This document shows, in pieces, positions 30,006 to 43,860 of a stretch of 64,000 bases of DNA. The DNA is from the human T2T-CHM13v2.0 reference genome, Homo sapiens. The position numbers and the translations under genes are program-made. Under the pieces are notes generated by a model. That model was not told the DNA's origin. It saw only the letters and a list, made by a program, of their open reading frames with translations, and did not search any database. The stretch lies in assembly GCF_009914755.1 (NCBI RefSeq), contig NC_060939.1; one strand, given 5' to 3'. Each line of letters starts with the position of its first letter. Position 1 is the first letter of the stretch.

Positions 30006-30162
30006 CGCGCACGCGCGCACACACACACACAATTTCCATATCTAGTTCACAGAGCACACTCACTTCCCCTTTTCACAGTACGCAGGCTGAGTAAAACCCG
30101 CCCCACCCTCCACCCGTTGGCTGACGAAACCCCTTCTCTACAATTTATGAAAAAGATGATCT

Positions 30163-30446
30163 GGGCCGGGCACGCTAGCTCACGCCTGTCACTCCGGCAC
30201 TTTGGGAGGCCGAGGCGGGTGGATCGCTTGGGGCCGGGAGTTCGAGACCAGGCTGGCCGACGTGGCGAAACCCCGTCTCTCTGAAAAATAGAACGATTAG
30301 CCGGGCCTGGTGGCGTGGGCTTGGAATCACGACCGCTCGGGAGACTGGGGCGGGCGACTTGTTCCAACCGGGGAGGCCGAGGTTGCGATGAGCTGAGATC
30401 GTGCCGTGGCGATGCGGCCTGGATGACGGAGCGAGACCCCGTCTCG
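30163..30446 (+). mobile_element. Sense Alu, CpG-rich and diverged
   Basis: GGGCCGGGCACGCTAGCTCACGCCTGTC...GAGACCCCGTCTC. Confidence 0.85.
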
Positions 30447-30675
30447 AGAGAATCATGATGTTATTATAAGATGAGTTGTGCGCGGTGATGGCCGCCTGTA
30501 GTCGCGGCTACTCGGGAGGCTGAGACGAGGAGAAGATCACTTGAGGCCCCACAGGTCGAGGCTTCGGTCGGCCGTGACCCACTGTATCCTGGGCAGTCAC
30601 CGGTCAAGGAGATATGCCCCTTCCCCGTTTGCTTTTCTTTTCTTCCCTTCTCTTTTCTTCTTTTTGCTTCTCTTT

Positions 30676-30707
<32 letters not shown>

Positions 30708-30789
30708 TTTCTTTTTCTCTCTTCCCCTCTTTCTTTCCTGCCTTCCTGCCTTTCTTCTTTTCTTCTTTCCTCCCTTCCTCCCTTCCTTC

Positions 30790-31484
30790 TTTCCTCCCGC
30801 CTCAGCCTCCCAAAGTGCTGGGATGACTGGCGGGAGGCACCATGCCTGCTTGGCCCAAAGAGACCCTCTTGGAAAGTGAGACGCAGAGAGCGCCTTCCAG
30901 TGATCTCATTGACTGATTTAGAGACGGCATCTCGCTCCGTCACCCCGGCAGTGGTGCCGTCGTAACTCACTCCCTGCAGCGTGGACGCTCCTGGACTCGA
31001 GCGATCCTTCCACCTCAGCCTCCAGAGTACAGAGCCTGGGACCGCGGGCACGCGCCACTGTGCCCACACCGTTTTTAATTGTTTTTTTTTCCCCCGAGAC
31101 AGAGTTTCACTCTCGTGGCCTAGACTGCAGTGCGGTGGCGCGATCTTGGCTCACCGCAACCTCTGCCTCCCGGTTTCAAGCGATTCTCCTGCATCGGCCT
31201 CCTGAGTAGCCGGGATTGCGGGCATGCGCTGCCACGTCTGGCTGATTTCGTATTTTTAGTGGAGACGGGGCTTCTCCATGTCGATCGGGCTGGTTTCGAA
31301 CTCCCGACCTCAGGTGATCCGCCCTCCCCGGCCTCCGGAAGTGCTGGGATGACAGGCGTGAGCCACCGCGCCCGGCCTTCATTTTTAAATGTTTTCCCAC
31401 AGACGGGGTCTCATCATTTCTTTGCAACCCTCCTGCCCGGCGTCTCAAAGTGCTGGCGTGACGGGCGTGAGCCACTGCGCCTGG
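30790..31484 (-). mobile_element. Antisense Alu cluster (full-length copy ~31080-31376 plus fragments)
   Basis: GAGACAGAGTTTCACTC...GCCACCGCGCCCGGCC. Confidence 0.85.
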
Positions 31485-31525
31485 ACTCCGGGGAATGACT
31501 CACGACCACCATCGCTCTACTGATC

Positions 31526-31580
<55 letters not shown>

Positions 31581-32127
31581 GATGAATTATCTTATGATTT
31601 ATTTGTGTACTTATTTTCAGACGGAGTCTCGCTCTGGGCGGGGCGAGGCGAGGCGAGGCACAGCGCATCGCTTTGGAAGCCGCGGCAACGCCTTTCAAAG
31701 CCCCATTCGTATGCACAGAGCCTTATTCCCTTCCTGGAGTTGGAGCTGATGCCTTCCGTAGCCTTGGGCTTCTCTCCATTCGGAAGCTTTGACAGGCGCA
31801 ACCCCACCCAGAGGCTGGCTGCGGCTGAGGATTAGGGGGTGTGTTGGGGCTGAAAACTGGGTCCCCTATTTTTGATACCTCAGCCGACACATCCCCCGAC
31901 CGCCATCGCTTGCTCGCCCTCTGAGATCCCCCGCCTCCACCGCCTTGCAGGCTCACCTCTTACTTTCATTTCTTCCTTTCTTGCGTTTGAGGAGGGGGTG
32001 CGGGAATGAGGGTGTGTGTGGGGAGGGGGTGCGGGGTGGGGACGGAGGGGAGCGTCCTAAGGGTCGATTTAGTGTCATGCCTCTTTCACCACCACCACCA
32101 CCACCGAAGATGACAGCAAGGATCGGC

Positions 32128-32398
32128 TAAATACCGCGTGTTCTCATCTAGAAGTGGGAACTTACAGATGACAGTTCTTGCATGGGCAGAACGAGGGGGA
32201 CCGGGGACGCGGAAGTCTGCTTGAGGGAGGAGGGGTGGAAGGAGAGACAGCTTCAGGAAGAAAACAAAACACGAATACTGTCGGACACAGCACTGACTAC
32301 CCGGGTGATGAAATCATCTGCACACTGAACACCCCCGTCACAAGTTTACCTATGTCACAATCTTGCACATGTATGCTTGAACGACAAATAAAAGTTAG
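32128..32398 (+). mobile_element. L1 3'-end fragment (old L1PA/L1PB-like)
   Basis: AAATACCGCGTGTTCTCA...GGGTGATGAAATCATCTG...ACAAGTTTACCTATGT...AAATAAAAGTT resembles the recalled L1PA13-16 3'UTR terminus. Confidence 0.8.
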
Positions 32399-32559
32399 GG
32401 GGGAGAAGAGAGGAGAGAGAGAGAGAGAGAGAGACAGAGAGAGACAGAGAGAGAGAGAGAGGAGGGAGAGAGAAAACGAAACACCACCTCCTTGACCTGA
32501 GTCAGGGGGTTTCTGGCCTTTTGGGAGAACGTTCAGCGACAATGCAGTATTTGGGCCCG

Positions 32560-33552
<993 letters not shown>

Positions 33553-33559
33553 CTAGGGC

Positions 33560-33916
33560 CTTCTCTCTGTCTGTTTCTCTCTGTTCGTCTCTGTCTTTCT
33601 CTCTGTGTCTCTTTCTCTGTCTGTCTGTCTCTTTCTTTCTCTCTGTCTCTGTCTCTGTCTTTGTCTCTCTCTCTCCCTCTCTGCCTGTCTCACTGTGTCT
33701 GTCTTCTGTCTTACTCTCTTTCTCTCCCCGTCTGTCTCTCTCTCTCTCTCTCCCTCCCTGTCTGTCTCTCTCTCTCCCTCCCTGTCTGTTTCTCTCTCTC
33801 TCTTTCTGTCTGTTTCTGTCTCTCTCTGTCTGTCTATGTCTTTCTCTGTCTGTCTCTTTCTCTGTCTGTCTGCCTCTCTCTTTCTTTTTCTGTGTCTCTC
33901 TGTCGGTCTCTCTCTC

Positions 33917-33951
<35 letters not shown>

Positions 33952-34143
33952 GTGCCTATCTTCTGTCTTACTCTCTTTCTCTGCCTGTCTGTCTGTCTCT
34001 CCCTCCCTTTCTGTTTCTCTCTCTCTCTCTCTCTCTCTCCCCCTCTCCCTGTCTGTTTCTCTCCGTCTCTCTCTCTTTCTGTCTGTTTCTCACTGTCTCT
34101 CTCTGTCCATCTCTCTCTCTCTCTGTCTGTCTCTTTCGTTCTC

Positions 34144-34197
<54 letters not shown>

Positions 34198-34240
34198 ACT
34201 CTCTGTGTGTATCTTCTGTCTTACTCTCCTTCTCTGCCTG

Positions 34241-34274
<34 letters not shown>

Positions 34275-34603
34275 CCTTTCTGTCTCTCTCTCTCTCTGTC
34301 CCTCTCTCTTTCTGTCTGTTCCTCTCTCTCTCTCTGTCTCTGTCTTTCTCTGTCTGTCTGCCTCTCTCTTTCTTTCTCTTTCTGTGTCTCTCTGTCTCTC
34401 TCTCTGTGCCTATCTTCTGTCTTACTCTCTTTCTCTGCCTGCCTGCCTGTCTGTCTGTCTGTCTCTCTCTGTCTCTCTCCCTGCCTTTCTGTTTCTCTCT
34501 CTCTCCCTCTCTCGCTCTCTCTGTCTTTCTCTCTTTCTCTCTGTTTCTCTGTCTCTCTCTGTCCGTCTCTGTCTTTTTCTGTCTGTCTCTCTCTTTCTTT
34601 CTG

Positions 34604-34636
<33 letters not shown>

Positions 34637-34732
34637 GCTTGTCTCTCTCACTGTGTCTGTCCTCTGTCTTACTCTCCTTCTCTGCCTGTCCGTCTGTCTG
34701 TCTGTCTCTCTCTCTCTCCCTCCCTTTCTGTT

Positions 34733-34777
<45 letters not shown>

Positions 34778-35698
34778 GTTTCTCTTTCTCTCTCTGTCTG
34801 TCTCTGTCTTTCTCTGTCTGTCTCTTTCTCTGTCTGTCTGTCTCCTTCTCTCTGTCTCCGTCTCTGTCTCTCTCTCTCTGTCTCTCTCTCTCTGCCTGTC
34901 TCACTGTGTCTGTCTTCTGTCTTATTCTCTTTCTCTGTCTGTCTGTCTCTCTCTCTCCCTTCCTGTCTCTTTCTCTCTCTCTCTCTCTTTCTGTCTGTTT
35001 CTCTCTGCCTGTCTCCGTCTTTCTCTGTCTGCCTCTCTCTTTCTTTTTCTGCGTCTCTCTGTCTCTCTCTCTCTGTGCCTATCTTCTGTCTTACTCTGTT
35101 TCTCTGCCTGCCTGTCTGTCTGTCTGTCTCTCTCTCTCTCTGTCTCTCTCTCTTTCTGTCTGTTTCTCTCTGTCTCTCTGTCCATCTCTGTCTTTCTCTG
35201 TCCGTCTCTCTCTTTCTCCCTGTCTCTGTCTCTGCCTCTGCCTCTCTCTCTCTCTGTCTCTCTCTTTCTATCTGTTTCTCTCTGTCTCTCTGTCCATCTC
35301 TGTCTTTCTCTGTCTGTCTCTCTCTTTCTCCCTGTCTCTGTCTCTGCCTCTCTCTCTCTCTGTCTGTCTCTCTCACTGTGTGTGTGTCTCTGTCTCTGCC
35401 TCTCTCTCTCTCTCTCTCTCTCTCTGTCTGTCTCTCTCACTGTGTGTGTCTGTCTTCTGTCTTACTCTCCTTCTCTGCCTGTCCGTCTGTCTGTCTGTCT
35501 CTCCCTCTCTCTCCCTCCCTTTCTGTTTCTCTCTCTCTCTCTCTCTCTTTCTGTCTGTTTCTCTCTTTCTCTCTCTGTCTGTCTCTTTCTCTGTCTGTCT
35601 GTCTCTCTCTTTCTTTTTCTCTGTCTCTCTGTCTCTCTCTGTGCCTGTCTCTCTGTCTGTGCCTATCTTCTGTCTTACTCTCTTTCTCTGGCTGACTG

Positions 35699-35737
<39 letters not shown>

Positions 35738-35838
35738 GTCTCCGTCCCTCCCTCCCTGTCTGTCTGTTTCTCTCTCTGTCCATTTCTGTCTGTCTCTTTC
35801 TCTTTCTCTCTCTTTCTTTCTCTCTGTCTCTCTCTGTC

Positions 35839-35887
<49 letters not shown>

Positions 35888-36095
35888 CTCTCTCACTGTG
35901 TCGGTCTTCTGTCTTACTCTCTTTCTCTGCCTGCCTCTCTGTCTGTCTGTCTGTCTCTCTCCCTCCATGTCTCTCTCTCTCTCTCTCTCACTCACTGTCT
36001 CTCCGTCTCTCTCTCTTTCTGTCTGTTTCTCTCTGTCTCTGTCTTTCTGTGTGTCTGTCTGTCTCTCTCTCTATTTGTCTTTCTCCCTCCCTGTC

Positions 36096-36140
<45 letters not shown>

Positions 36141-36210
36141 GTCTGTTTCTCTCTATCTCTCGCTGTCCATCTCTGTCTTTCTATGTCTGTCTCTTTCTCT
36201 GTCAGTCTGT
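33560..36210 (+). repeat. CT/CTGT low-complexity tract (long repeat 1)
   Basis: Seen directly; ~+22 kb from the TSS. Confidence 0.95.
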
Positions 36211-36535
36211 CAGACACCCCCGTGCCGGGTAGGGCCCTGCCCCTTCCACGAAAGTGAGAAGCGCGTGCTTCGGTGCTTAGAGAGGCCGAGAGGAATCTAG
36301 ACAGGCGGGCCTTGCTGGGCTTCCCCACTCGGTGTATGATTTCGGGAGGTCGAGGCCGGGTCCCCGCTTGGATGCGAGGGGCATTTTCAGACTTTTCTCT
36401 CGGTCACGTGTGGCGTCCGTACTTCTCCTATTTCCCCGATAAGCTCCTCGACTTCAACATAAACGGCGTCCTAAGGGTCGATTTAGTGTCATGCCTCTTT
36501 CACCGCCACCACCGAAGATGAAAGCAAAGATCGGC

Positions 36536-36803
36536 TAAATACCGCGTGTTCTCATCTAGAAGTGGGAACTTACAGATGACAGTTCTTGCATGGGCAGAAC
36601 GAGGGGGACCGGGGACGCGGAAGCCTGCTTGAGGGAGGAGGGGTGGAAGGAGAGACAGCTTCAGGAAGAAAACAAAACACGAATACTGTCGGACACAGCA
36701 CTGACTACCCGGGTGATGAAATCATCTGCACACTGAACACCCCCGTCACAAGTTTACCTATGTCACAGTCTTGCTCATGTATGCTTGAACGACAAATAAA
36801 AGT
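36536..36803 (+). mobile_element. L1 3'-end fragment (duplicate in long repeat 2)
   Basis: Same motifs as 32128-32398. Confidence 0.8.
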
Positions 36804-36863
36804 TCGGGGGGGAGAAGAGAGGAGAGAGAGAGAGAGACGGGGAGAGAGGGGGGAGAGGGGGGG

Positions 36864-36918
<55 letters not shown>

Positions 36919-37680
36919 GTAAAACCAACCACCACCTCCTTGACCTGAGTCAGGGGGTTTCTGGCCTTTTGGGAGAACGTTCAGCGACAATGCAGTATTT
37001 GGGCCCGTTCTTTTTTTCTTCTTCTTCTTTTCTTTCTTTTTTTTTGGACTGAGTCTCTCTCGCTCTGTCACCCAGGCTGCGGTGCGGTGGCGCTCTCTCG
37101 GCTCACTGAAACCTCTGCTTCCCGGGTTCCAGTGATTCTTCTTCGGTAGCTGGGATTACAGGTGCGCACCATGACGGCCGGCTCATCGTTCTATTTTTAG
37201 TAGAGACGGGGTTTCTCCACGTTGGCCACGCTGGTCTCGAACTCCTGACCACAAATGATCCACCTTCCTGGGCCTCCCAAAGTGCTGGAAACGACAGGCC
37301 TGAGCCGCCGGGATTTCAGCCTTTAAAAGCGCGGGCCCTGCCACCTTTCGCTGCGGCCCTTACGCTCAGAATGACGTGTCCTCTCTGCCATAGGTTGACT
37401 CCTTGAGTCCCCTAGGCCATTGCACTGTAGCCTGGGCAGCAAGAGCCAAACTCCGTCCCCCCACCTCCCCGCGCACATAATAACTAACTAACTAACTAAC
37501 TAACTAAAATCTCTACACGTCACCCATAAGTGTGTGTTCCCGTGAGGAGTGATTTCTAAGAAATGGTACTGTACACTGAACGCAGTGGCTCACGTCTGTC
37601 ATCCCGAGGTCAGGAGTTCGAGACCAGCCCGGCCAACGTGGTGAAACCCCCGTCTCTACTGAAAATACGAAATGGAGTCA

Positions 37681-37956
<276 letters not shown>

Positions 37957-37969
37957 CTACTGGGCTAGG

Positions 37970-38488
37970 GCCTTCTCTCTGTCTGTTTCTCTCTGTTCGT
38001 CTCTGTCTTTCTCTCTGTGTCTCTTTCTCTGTCTGTCTGTCTGTCTGTCTGTCTCTTTCTTTCTTTCTGTCTCTGTCTTTGTCCCTCTCTCTCCCTCTCT
38101 GCCTGTCTCACTGTGTCTGTCTTCTATCTTACTCTCTTTCTCTCCCCGTCTGTCTCTCTCTCACTCCCTCCCTGTCTGTTTCTCTCTCTCTCTCTTTCTG
38201 TCTGTTTCTGTCTCTCTCTGTCTGCCTCTCTCTTTCTCTATCTGTCTCTTTCTCTGTCTGTCTGCCCCTCTCTTTCTTTTTCTGTGTCTCTCTGTCTGTC
38301 TCTCTCTCTCTCTGTGCCTATCTTCTGTCTTACTCTCTTTCTCTGCCTGTCTGTCTGTCTCTCTCTGTCTCTCCCTCCCTTTCTGCTTCTCTCTCTCTCT
38401 CTCTCTCTCCCCCCTCCCTGTCTGTTTCTCTCTGTCTCCCTCTCTTTCTGTCTGTTTCTCACTGTCTCTCTCTGTCTGTCTGTTTCAT

Positions 38489-38523
<35 letters not shown>

Positions 38524-38623
38524 GTCTCTCCCTCTCTGTGTGTATCTTTTGTCTTACTCTCCTTCTCTGCCTGTCCGTCTGTCTGTCTGTCTCTCTCTCT
38601 CCCTGTCCCTCTCTCTTTCTGTC

Positions 38624-38664
<41 letters not shown>

Positions 38665-38941
38665 GTCTTTCTCTGTCTGTCCCTTTCTCTGTCTGTCTGC
38701 CTCTCTCTTTCTCTTTCTGTGTCTCTCTGTCTCTCTCTCTGTGCCTATCTTCTGTCTTACTCTCTTTCTCTGCCTGTCTATCTGTCTGTCTCTCTCTGTC
38801 TCTCTCCCTGCCTTTCTGTTTCTCTCTCTCTCCCTCTCTCGCTCTCTCTGTCTTTCTCTCTTTCTCTCTGTTTCTCTGTCTCTCTCTGTCCGTCTCTGTC
38901 TTTTTCTGTCTGTCTGTCTCTCTCTTTCTTTCTGTCGTCTG

Positions 38942-38977
<36 letters not shown>

Positions 38978-39168
38978 TCCTTGTCTCTCTCACTGTGTCT
39001 GTCTTCTGTCTTACTCTCCTTCTCTGCCTGTCCATCTGTCTGTCTGTCTCTCTCTCTCTCTCCCTACCTTTCTGTTTCTCTCTCGCTAGCTCTCTCTCTC
39101 TCTGCCTGTTTCTCTCTTTCTCTCTCTGTCTTTCTCTGTCTGTCTCTTTCTCTGTCTGTCTGTCTCTT

Positions 39169-39213
<45 letters not shown>

Positions 39214-39456
39214 GCCTCTCTCACTGTGTCTGTCTTCTGTCTTATTCTCTTTCTCTCTCTGTCTCTCTCTCTCTCTCCTTTCCTGTCTGTTTTTCTCTCT
39301 CTCTCTCTCTTTCTGCCTGTTTCTCTCTGTCTGTCTCTGTCTTTCTCTGTCTGTCTGCCTCTCTCTTTCTTTTTCTGCGTCTCTCTGTCTCTCTCTCTCT
39401 CTCTCTGTTCCTATCTTCTGTCTTACTCTGTTTCCTTGCCTGCCTGCCTGTCTGTG

Positions 39457-39496
<40 letters not shown>

Positions 39497-39606
39497 CCTT
39501 TCTCTTTCTCTGTCTCTCTCTCTCTTTCTGGGTGTTTCTCTCTGTCTCTCTGTCCATCTCTGTCTTTCTATGTCTGTCTCTCTCTTTCTCTCTGTCTCTG
39601 TCTCTG

Positions 39607-39641
<35 letters not shown>

Positions 39642-40560
39642 GTCTCTCTCACTGTGTGTGTCTGTCTTCTGTCTTACTCTCCTTCTCTGCCTGTCCGTCT
39701 GTCTGTCTGTCTCTCCCTCTCTCTCCCTCCCTTTCTGTTTCTCTCTCTCTCTCTTTCTGTCTGTTTCTCTCTTTCTCTCTCTGTCTGTCTCTTTCTCTGT
39801 CTGTCTGTCTCTCTCTTTCTTTTTCTCTGTCTCTCTGTCTCTCTCTGTGTCTGTCTCTCTGTCTGTGCCTATCTTCTGTCTTACTCTCTTTCTCTGGCTG
39901 TCTGCCTGTCTCTCTCTCTCTCTCTGTCTGTCTCCGTCCCTCTCTCCCTGTCTGTCTGTTTCTCTCTCTGCCTCTCTCTCTCTCTGTCTGTCTCTTTCTC
40001 TGTCTGTCTGTCTCTCTCTTTCTTTTTCTCTGTCTCTCTGTCTCTCTCTGTGTCTGTCTCTCTTTCTGTGCCTATCTTCTGTCTTACTCTCTTTCTCTGG
40101 CTGTCTGCCTGTCTCTCTCTCTCTGCCTGTCTCCGTCCCTCCCTCCCTGTCTGTCTGTTTCTCTCTCTGTCTCTGTCTCTCTGTCCATCTCTGTCTGTCT
40201 CTTTCTCTTTCTCTCTCTCTGTCTCTGTCTCTCTCTCTCTCTGCCTGTCTCTCTCACTGTGTCTGTCTTCTGTCTTACTCTCTTTCTCTGCCTGCCTCTC
40301 TGTCTGTCTGTCTCTCTCCCTCCATGTCTCTCTCTCTCTCTCACTCACTCTCTCTCCGTCTCTCTCTCTTTCTGTCTGTTTCTCTCTCTGTCTGTCTCTC
40401 TCCCTCCATGTCTCTCTCTCTCTCTCTCTCACTCACTCTCTCTCCGTCTCTCTCTCTCTTTCTGTCTGTTTCTCTCTCTGTCTGTCTCTCTCCCTCCATG
40501 TCTCTCTCTCTCCCTCTCACTCACTCTCTCTCCGTCTCTCTCTCTCTTTCTGTCTGTTTC

Positions 40561-40621
<61 letters not shown>

Positions 40622-40654
40622 GTCTTTCTCCCTCCCTGTCTGTCTGTCTGTCTC

Positions 40655-40687
<33 letters not shown>

Positions 40688-40770
40688 TTCTCTTTCTGTC
40701 TGTTTCTCTCTATCTCTCGCTGTCCATCTCTGTCTTTCTATGTCTGTCTCTTTCTCTGTCAGTCTGTCAG
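37970..40770 (+). repeat. CT/CTGT low-complexity tract (long repeat 2)
   Basis: Seen directly. Confidence 0.95.
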
Positions 40771-41027
40771 ACACCCCCGTGCCGGGTAGGGCCCTGCCCC
40801 TTCCACGAGAGTGAGAAGCGCGTGCTTCGGTGCTTAGAGAGGCCGAGAGGAATCTAGACAGGCGGGCCTTGCTGGGCTTCCCCACTCGGTGTACGATTTC
40901 GGGAGGTCGAGGCCGGGTCCCCGCTTGGATGCGAGGGGCATTTTCAGACTTTTCTCTCGGTCACGTGTGGCGTCCGTACTTCTCCTATTTCCCCGATAAG
41001 CTCCTCGACTTCAACATAAACTGTGAA

Positions 41028-41240
41028 GGCCGGACGCAACACGGCGAAACCCCGTCTCTACTAAAAATACAAAGCTGAGTCGGGAGCGGTGGGGCAGGCC
41101 CCTGTAATGCCAGCTCCTCGGGAGGCTGAGGCGGGAGAATCGCTTGAACCAGGGAAGCGGAGGCTGCAGGGAGCCGAGATCGCGCCACTGCACTACGGCC
41201 CAGGCTGTAGAGTGAGTGAGACTCGGTCTCTAAATAAATA
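41028..41240 (+). mobile_element. Alu with most of the left monomer deleted
   Basis: GGCCGGACGC joined to AACACGGCGAAACCCCGTCTCTACTAAAAATACAAA. Confidence 0.85.
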
Positions 41241-42589
41241 CGGAAATTAATTAATTCATTAATTCTTTTCCCTGCTGACGGACATTTGCAGGCAGGCATC
41301 GGTTGTCTTCGGGCATCACCTAGCGGCCACTGTTATTGAAAGTCGACGTGACACGGAGGGAGGTCTCGCCGACTTCACCGAGCCTGGGGCAACGGGTTTC
41401 TCTCTCTCCCTTCTGGAGGCCCCTCCCTCTCTCCCTCGTTGCCTAGGGAACCTCGCCTAGGGAACCTCCGCCCTGGCGGGGGCCCTATTGTTCTTTGATC
41501 GGCGCTTTACTTTTCTTTGTGTTTTGGCGCCTAGACTCTTCTACTTGGGCTTTGGGAAGGGTCAGTTTAATTTTCAAGTTGCCCCCCGGCTCCCCCCACT
41601 ACCCACGTCCCTTCACCTTAATTTAGTGAGTCGGTTAGGTGGGTTTCCCCCAAACCGCCCCCCCCCCCCCCGCCTCCCAACACCCTGCTTGGAAACCTTC
41701 CAGAGCCACCCCGGTGTGCCTCCGTCTTCTCTCCCCTTCCCCCACCCCTTGCCGGCGATCTCATTCTTGCCAGGCTGACATTTGCATCGGTGGGCGTCAG
41801 GCCTCACTCGGGGGCCACCGTTTTTGAAGATGGGGGCGGCACGGTCCCACTTCCCCGGAGGCAGCTTGGGCCGATGGCATAGCCCCTTGACCCGCGTGGG
41901 CAAGCGGGCGGGTCTGCAGTTGTGAGGCTTTTCCCCCCGCTGCTTCCCGCCTCAGGCCTCCCTCCCTAGGAAAGCTTCACCCTGGCTGGGTCTCGGTCAC
42001 CTTTTATCACGATGTTTTAGTTTCTCCGCCCTCCGGCCAGCAGAGTTTCACAATGCGAAGGGCGCCACGGCTCTAGTCTGGGCCTTCTCAGTACTTGCCC
42101 AAAATAGAAACGCTTTCTGAAAACTAATAACTTTGCTCACTTAAGATTTCCAGGGACGGCGCCTTGGCCCGTGTTTGTTGGCTTGTTTTGTTTCGTTCTG
42201 TTTTGTTTTGTTCGTGTTTTTCCTTTCTCGTATGTCTTTCTTTTCAGGTGAAGTAGAAATCCCCAGTTTTCAGGAAGACGTCTATTTTCCCCAAGACACG
42301 TTAGCTGCCGTTTTTTCCTGTTGTGAACTAGCGCTTTTGTGACTCTCTCAACGTGCAGTGAGAGCCGGTTGATGTTTACTATCCTTCATCATGACATCTT
42401 ATTTTCTAGAAATCCGTAGGCGAATGCTGCTGCTGCTCTTGTTGCTGTTGTTGTTGTTGTTGTTGTCGTCGTTGCTGTTGTCGTTGTCGTTGTTGTTGTC
42501 GTTGTCGTTGTTTTCAAAGTATACCCCGGCCACCGTTTATGGGATCAAAAGCATTATAAAATATGTGTGATTATTTCTTGAGCACGCCC

Positions 42590-43185
42590 TTCCTCCCCCT
42601 CTCTCTGTCTCTCTGTCTGTCTCTGTCTCTCTCTTTCTCTGTCTGTCTTCTCTCTCTCTCTCTCTCTGTGTCTCTCTCTCTCTGCCTGTCTGTTTCTCTC
42701 TCTCTGCCTCTCTCTCTCTCTCTCTCTCTGCCTGTCTCTCTCACTGTGTCTGTCTTCTGTCTTACTCCCTTTCTCTGTCTGTCTGTCGGTCTCTCTCTCT
42801 CTCTCTCCCTGTCTGTATGTTTCTCTCTGTCTCTGTCTCTCTCTCTCTTTCTGTTTCTCTCTCTCCGTCTCTGTCTTTCTCTGACTGTCTCTCTCTTTCC
42901 TTCTCTCTGTCTCTCTCTGCCTGTCTCTCTCACTCTGTCTTCTGTCTTACTCTCTCTCTCTGCCTGCCTGTCTCTCTCACTCTCTCTCTCTGTGTGTCTC
43001 TCTCTCTCTTTCTGTTTCTCTCTGTCTCTCTGTCCGTCTCTGTCTTTCTCTGTCTGTCTCTTTGTCTGTCTGTCTTTGTCTTTCCTTCTCTCTGTCTCTG
43101 TCTCTCTCACTGTGTCTGTCTTCTGTCTTAGTCTCTCTCTCTCTCTCTCCCTGTCTGTCTGTCTCTCTCTCTCTCTCCCCCTGTC

Positions 43186-43230
<45 letters not shown>

Positions 43231-43503
43231 TTGTCTTTCTTTCTGTCTCTGTCTCTCTCTCTCTCTCTGTGTGTCTGTCTTCTGTCTTACTGTCTTTCTC
43301 TGCCTGTCTGTCTGTCTGTCTCTCTCTGTCTGTCTCTCTCTCTCTCTCCCCCCTGTCGGCTGTTTCTCTGTCTCTGTCTGTGTCTCTCTTTCTGTCTGTT
43401 TCTCTCTGTCTGTCTTTCTCTCTCTGTCTCTTTCTCTCTGTCTCTCTGTCTGTCTCTGTCTCTCTCTCTGTCTCTCTCTCTCTGTGGGGGGGTGTGTGTG
43501 TGT

Positions 43504-43540
<37 letters not shown>

Positions 43541-43791
43541 TGCCTTCTGTCTTACTCTCTTTCTCTGCCTGTCTGTCTGCCTGTCTGTTTGTCTCTCTCT
43601 CTCTGCCTGTCTCTCTCCCTTCCTGTCTGTTTCTCTCTCTTTCTGTTTCTCTCTGTCTCTGTCCATCTCTGTCTTTCTCCGTCTGTCTCTTTATCTGTCT
43701 CTCTCCGTCTGTCTCTTTATCTGTCTCTCTCTCTCTTTCTGTCTTTCTCTCTCTGTGTATCGTTGTCTCTCTCTGTCTGTCTCTGTCTCTG

Positions 43792-43824
<33 letters not shown>

Positions 43825-43860
43825 GTCTGTCTGTCCGTCTGTCTGTCTCGGTCTCTGGCT
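42590..43860 (+). repeat. Third CT/CTGT tract with (TG)n
   Basis: Seen directly. Confidence 0.93.

Noticed and set aside
41342-41347. GTCGAC as an extra terminator (also at ~12191)
   Set aside because: Lacks the GG prefix and CAG suffix of a Sal box
42230-42255. Splice-acceptor-like TCTTTCTTTTCAG|GTG
   Set aside because: No convincing downstream exon or donor; such motifs are expected in pyrimidine-rich sequence
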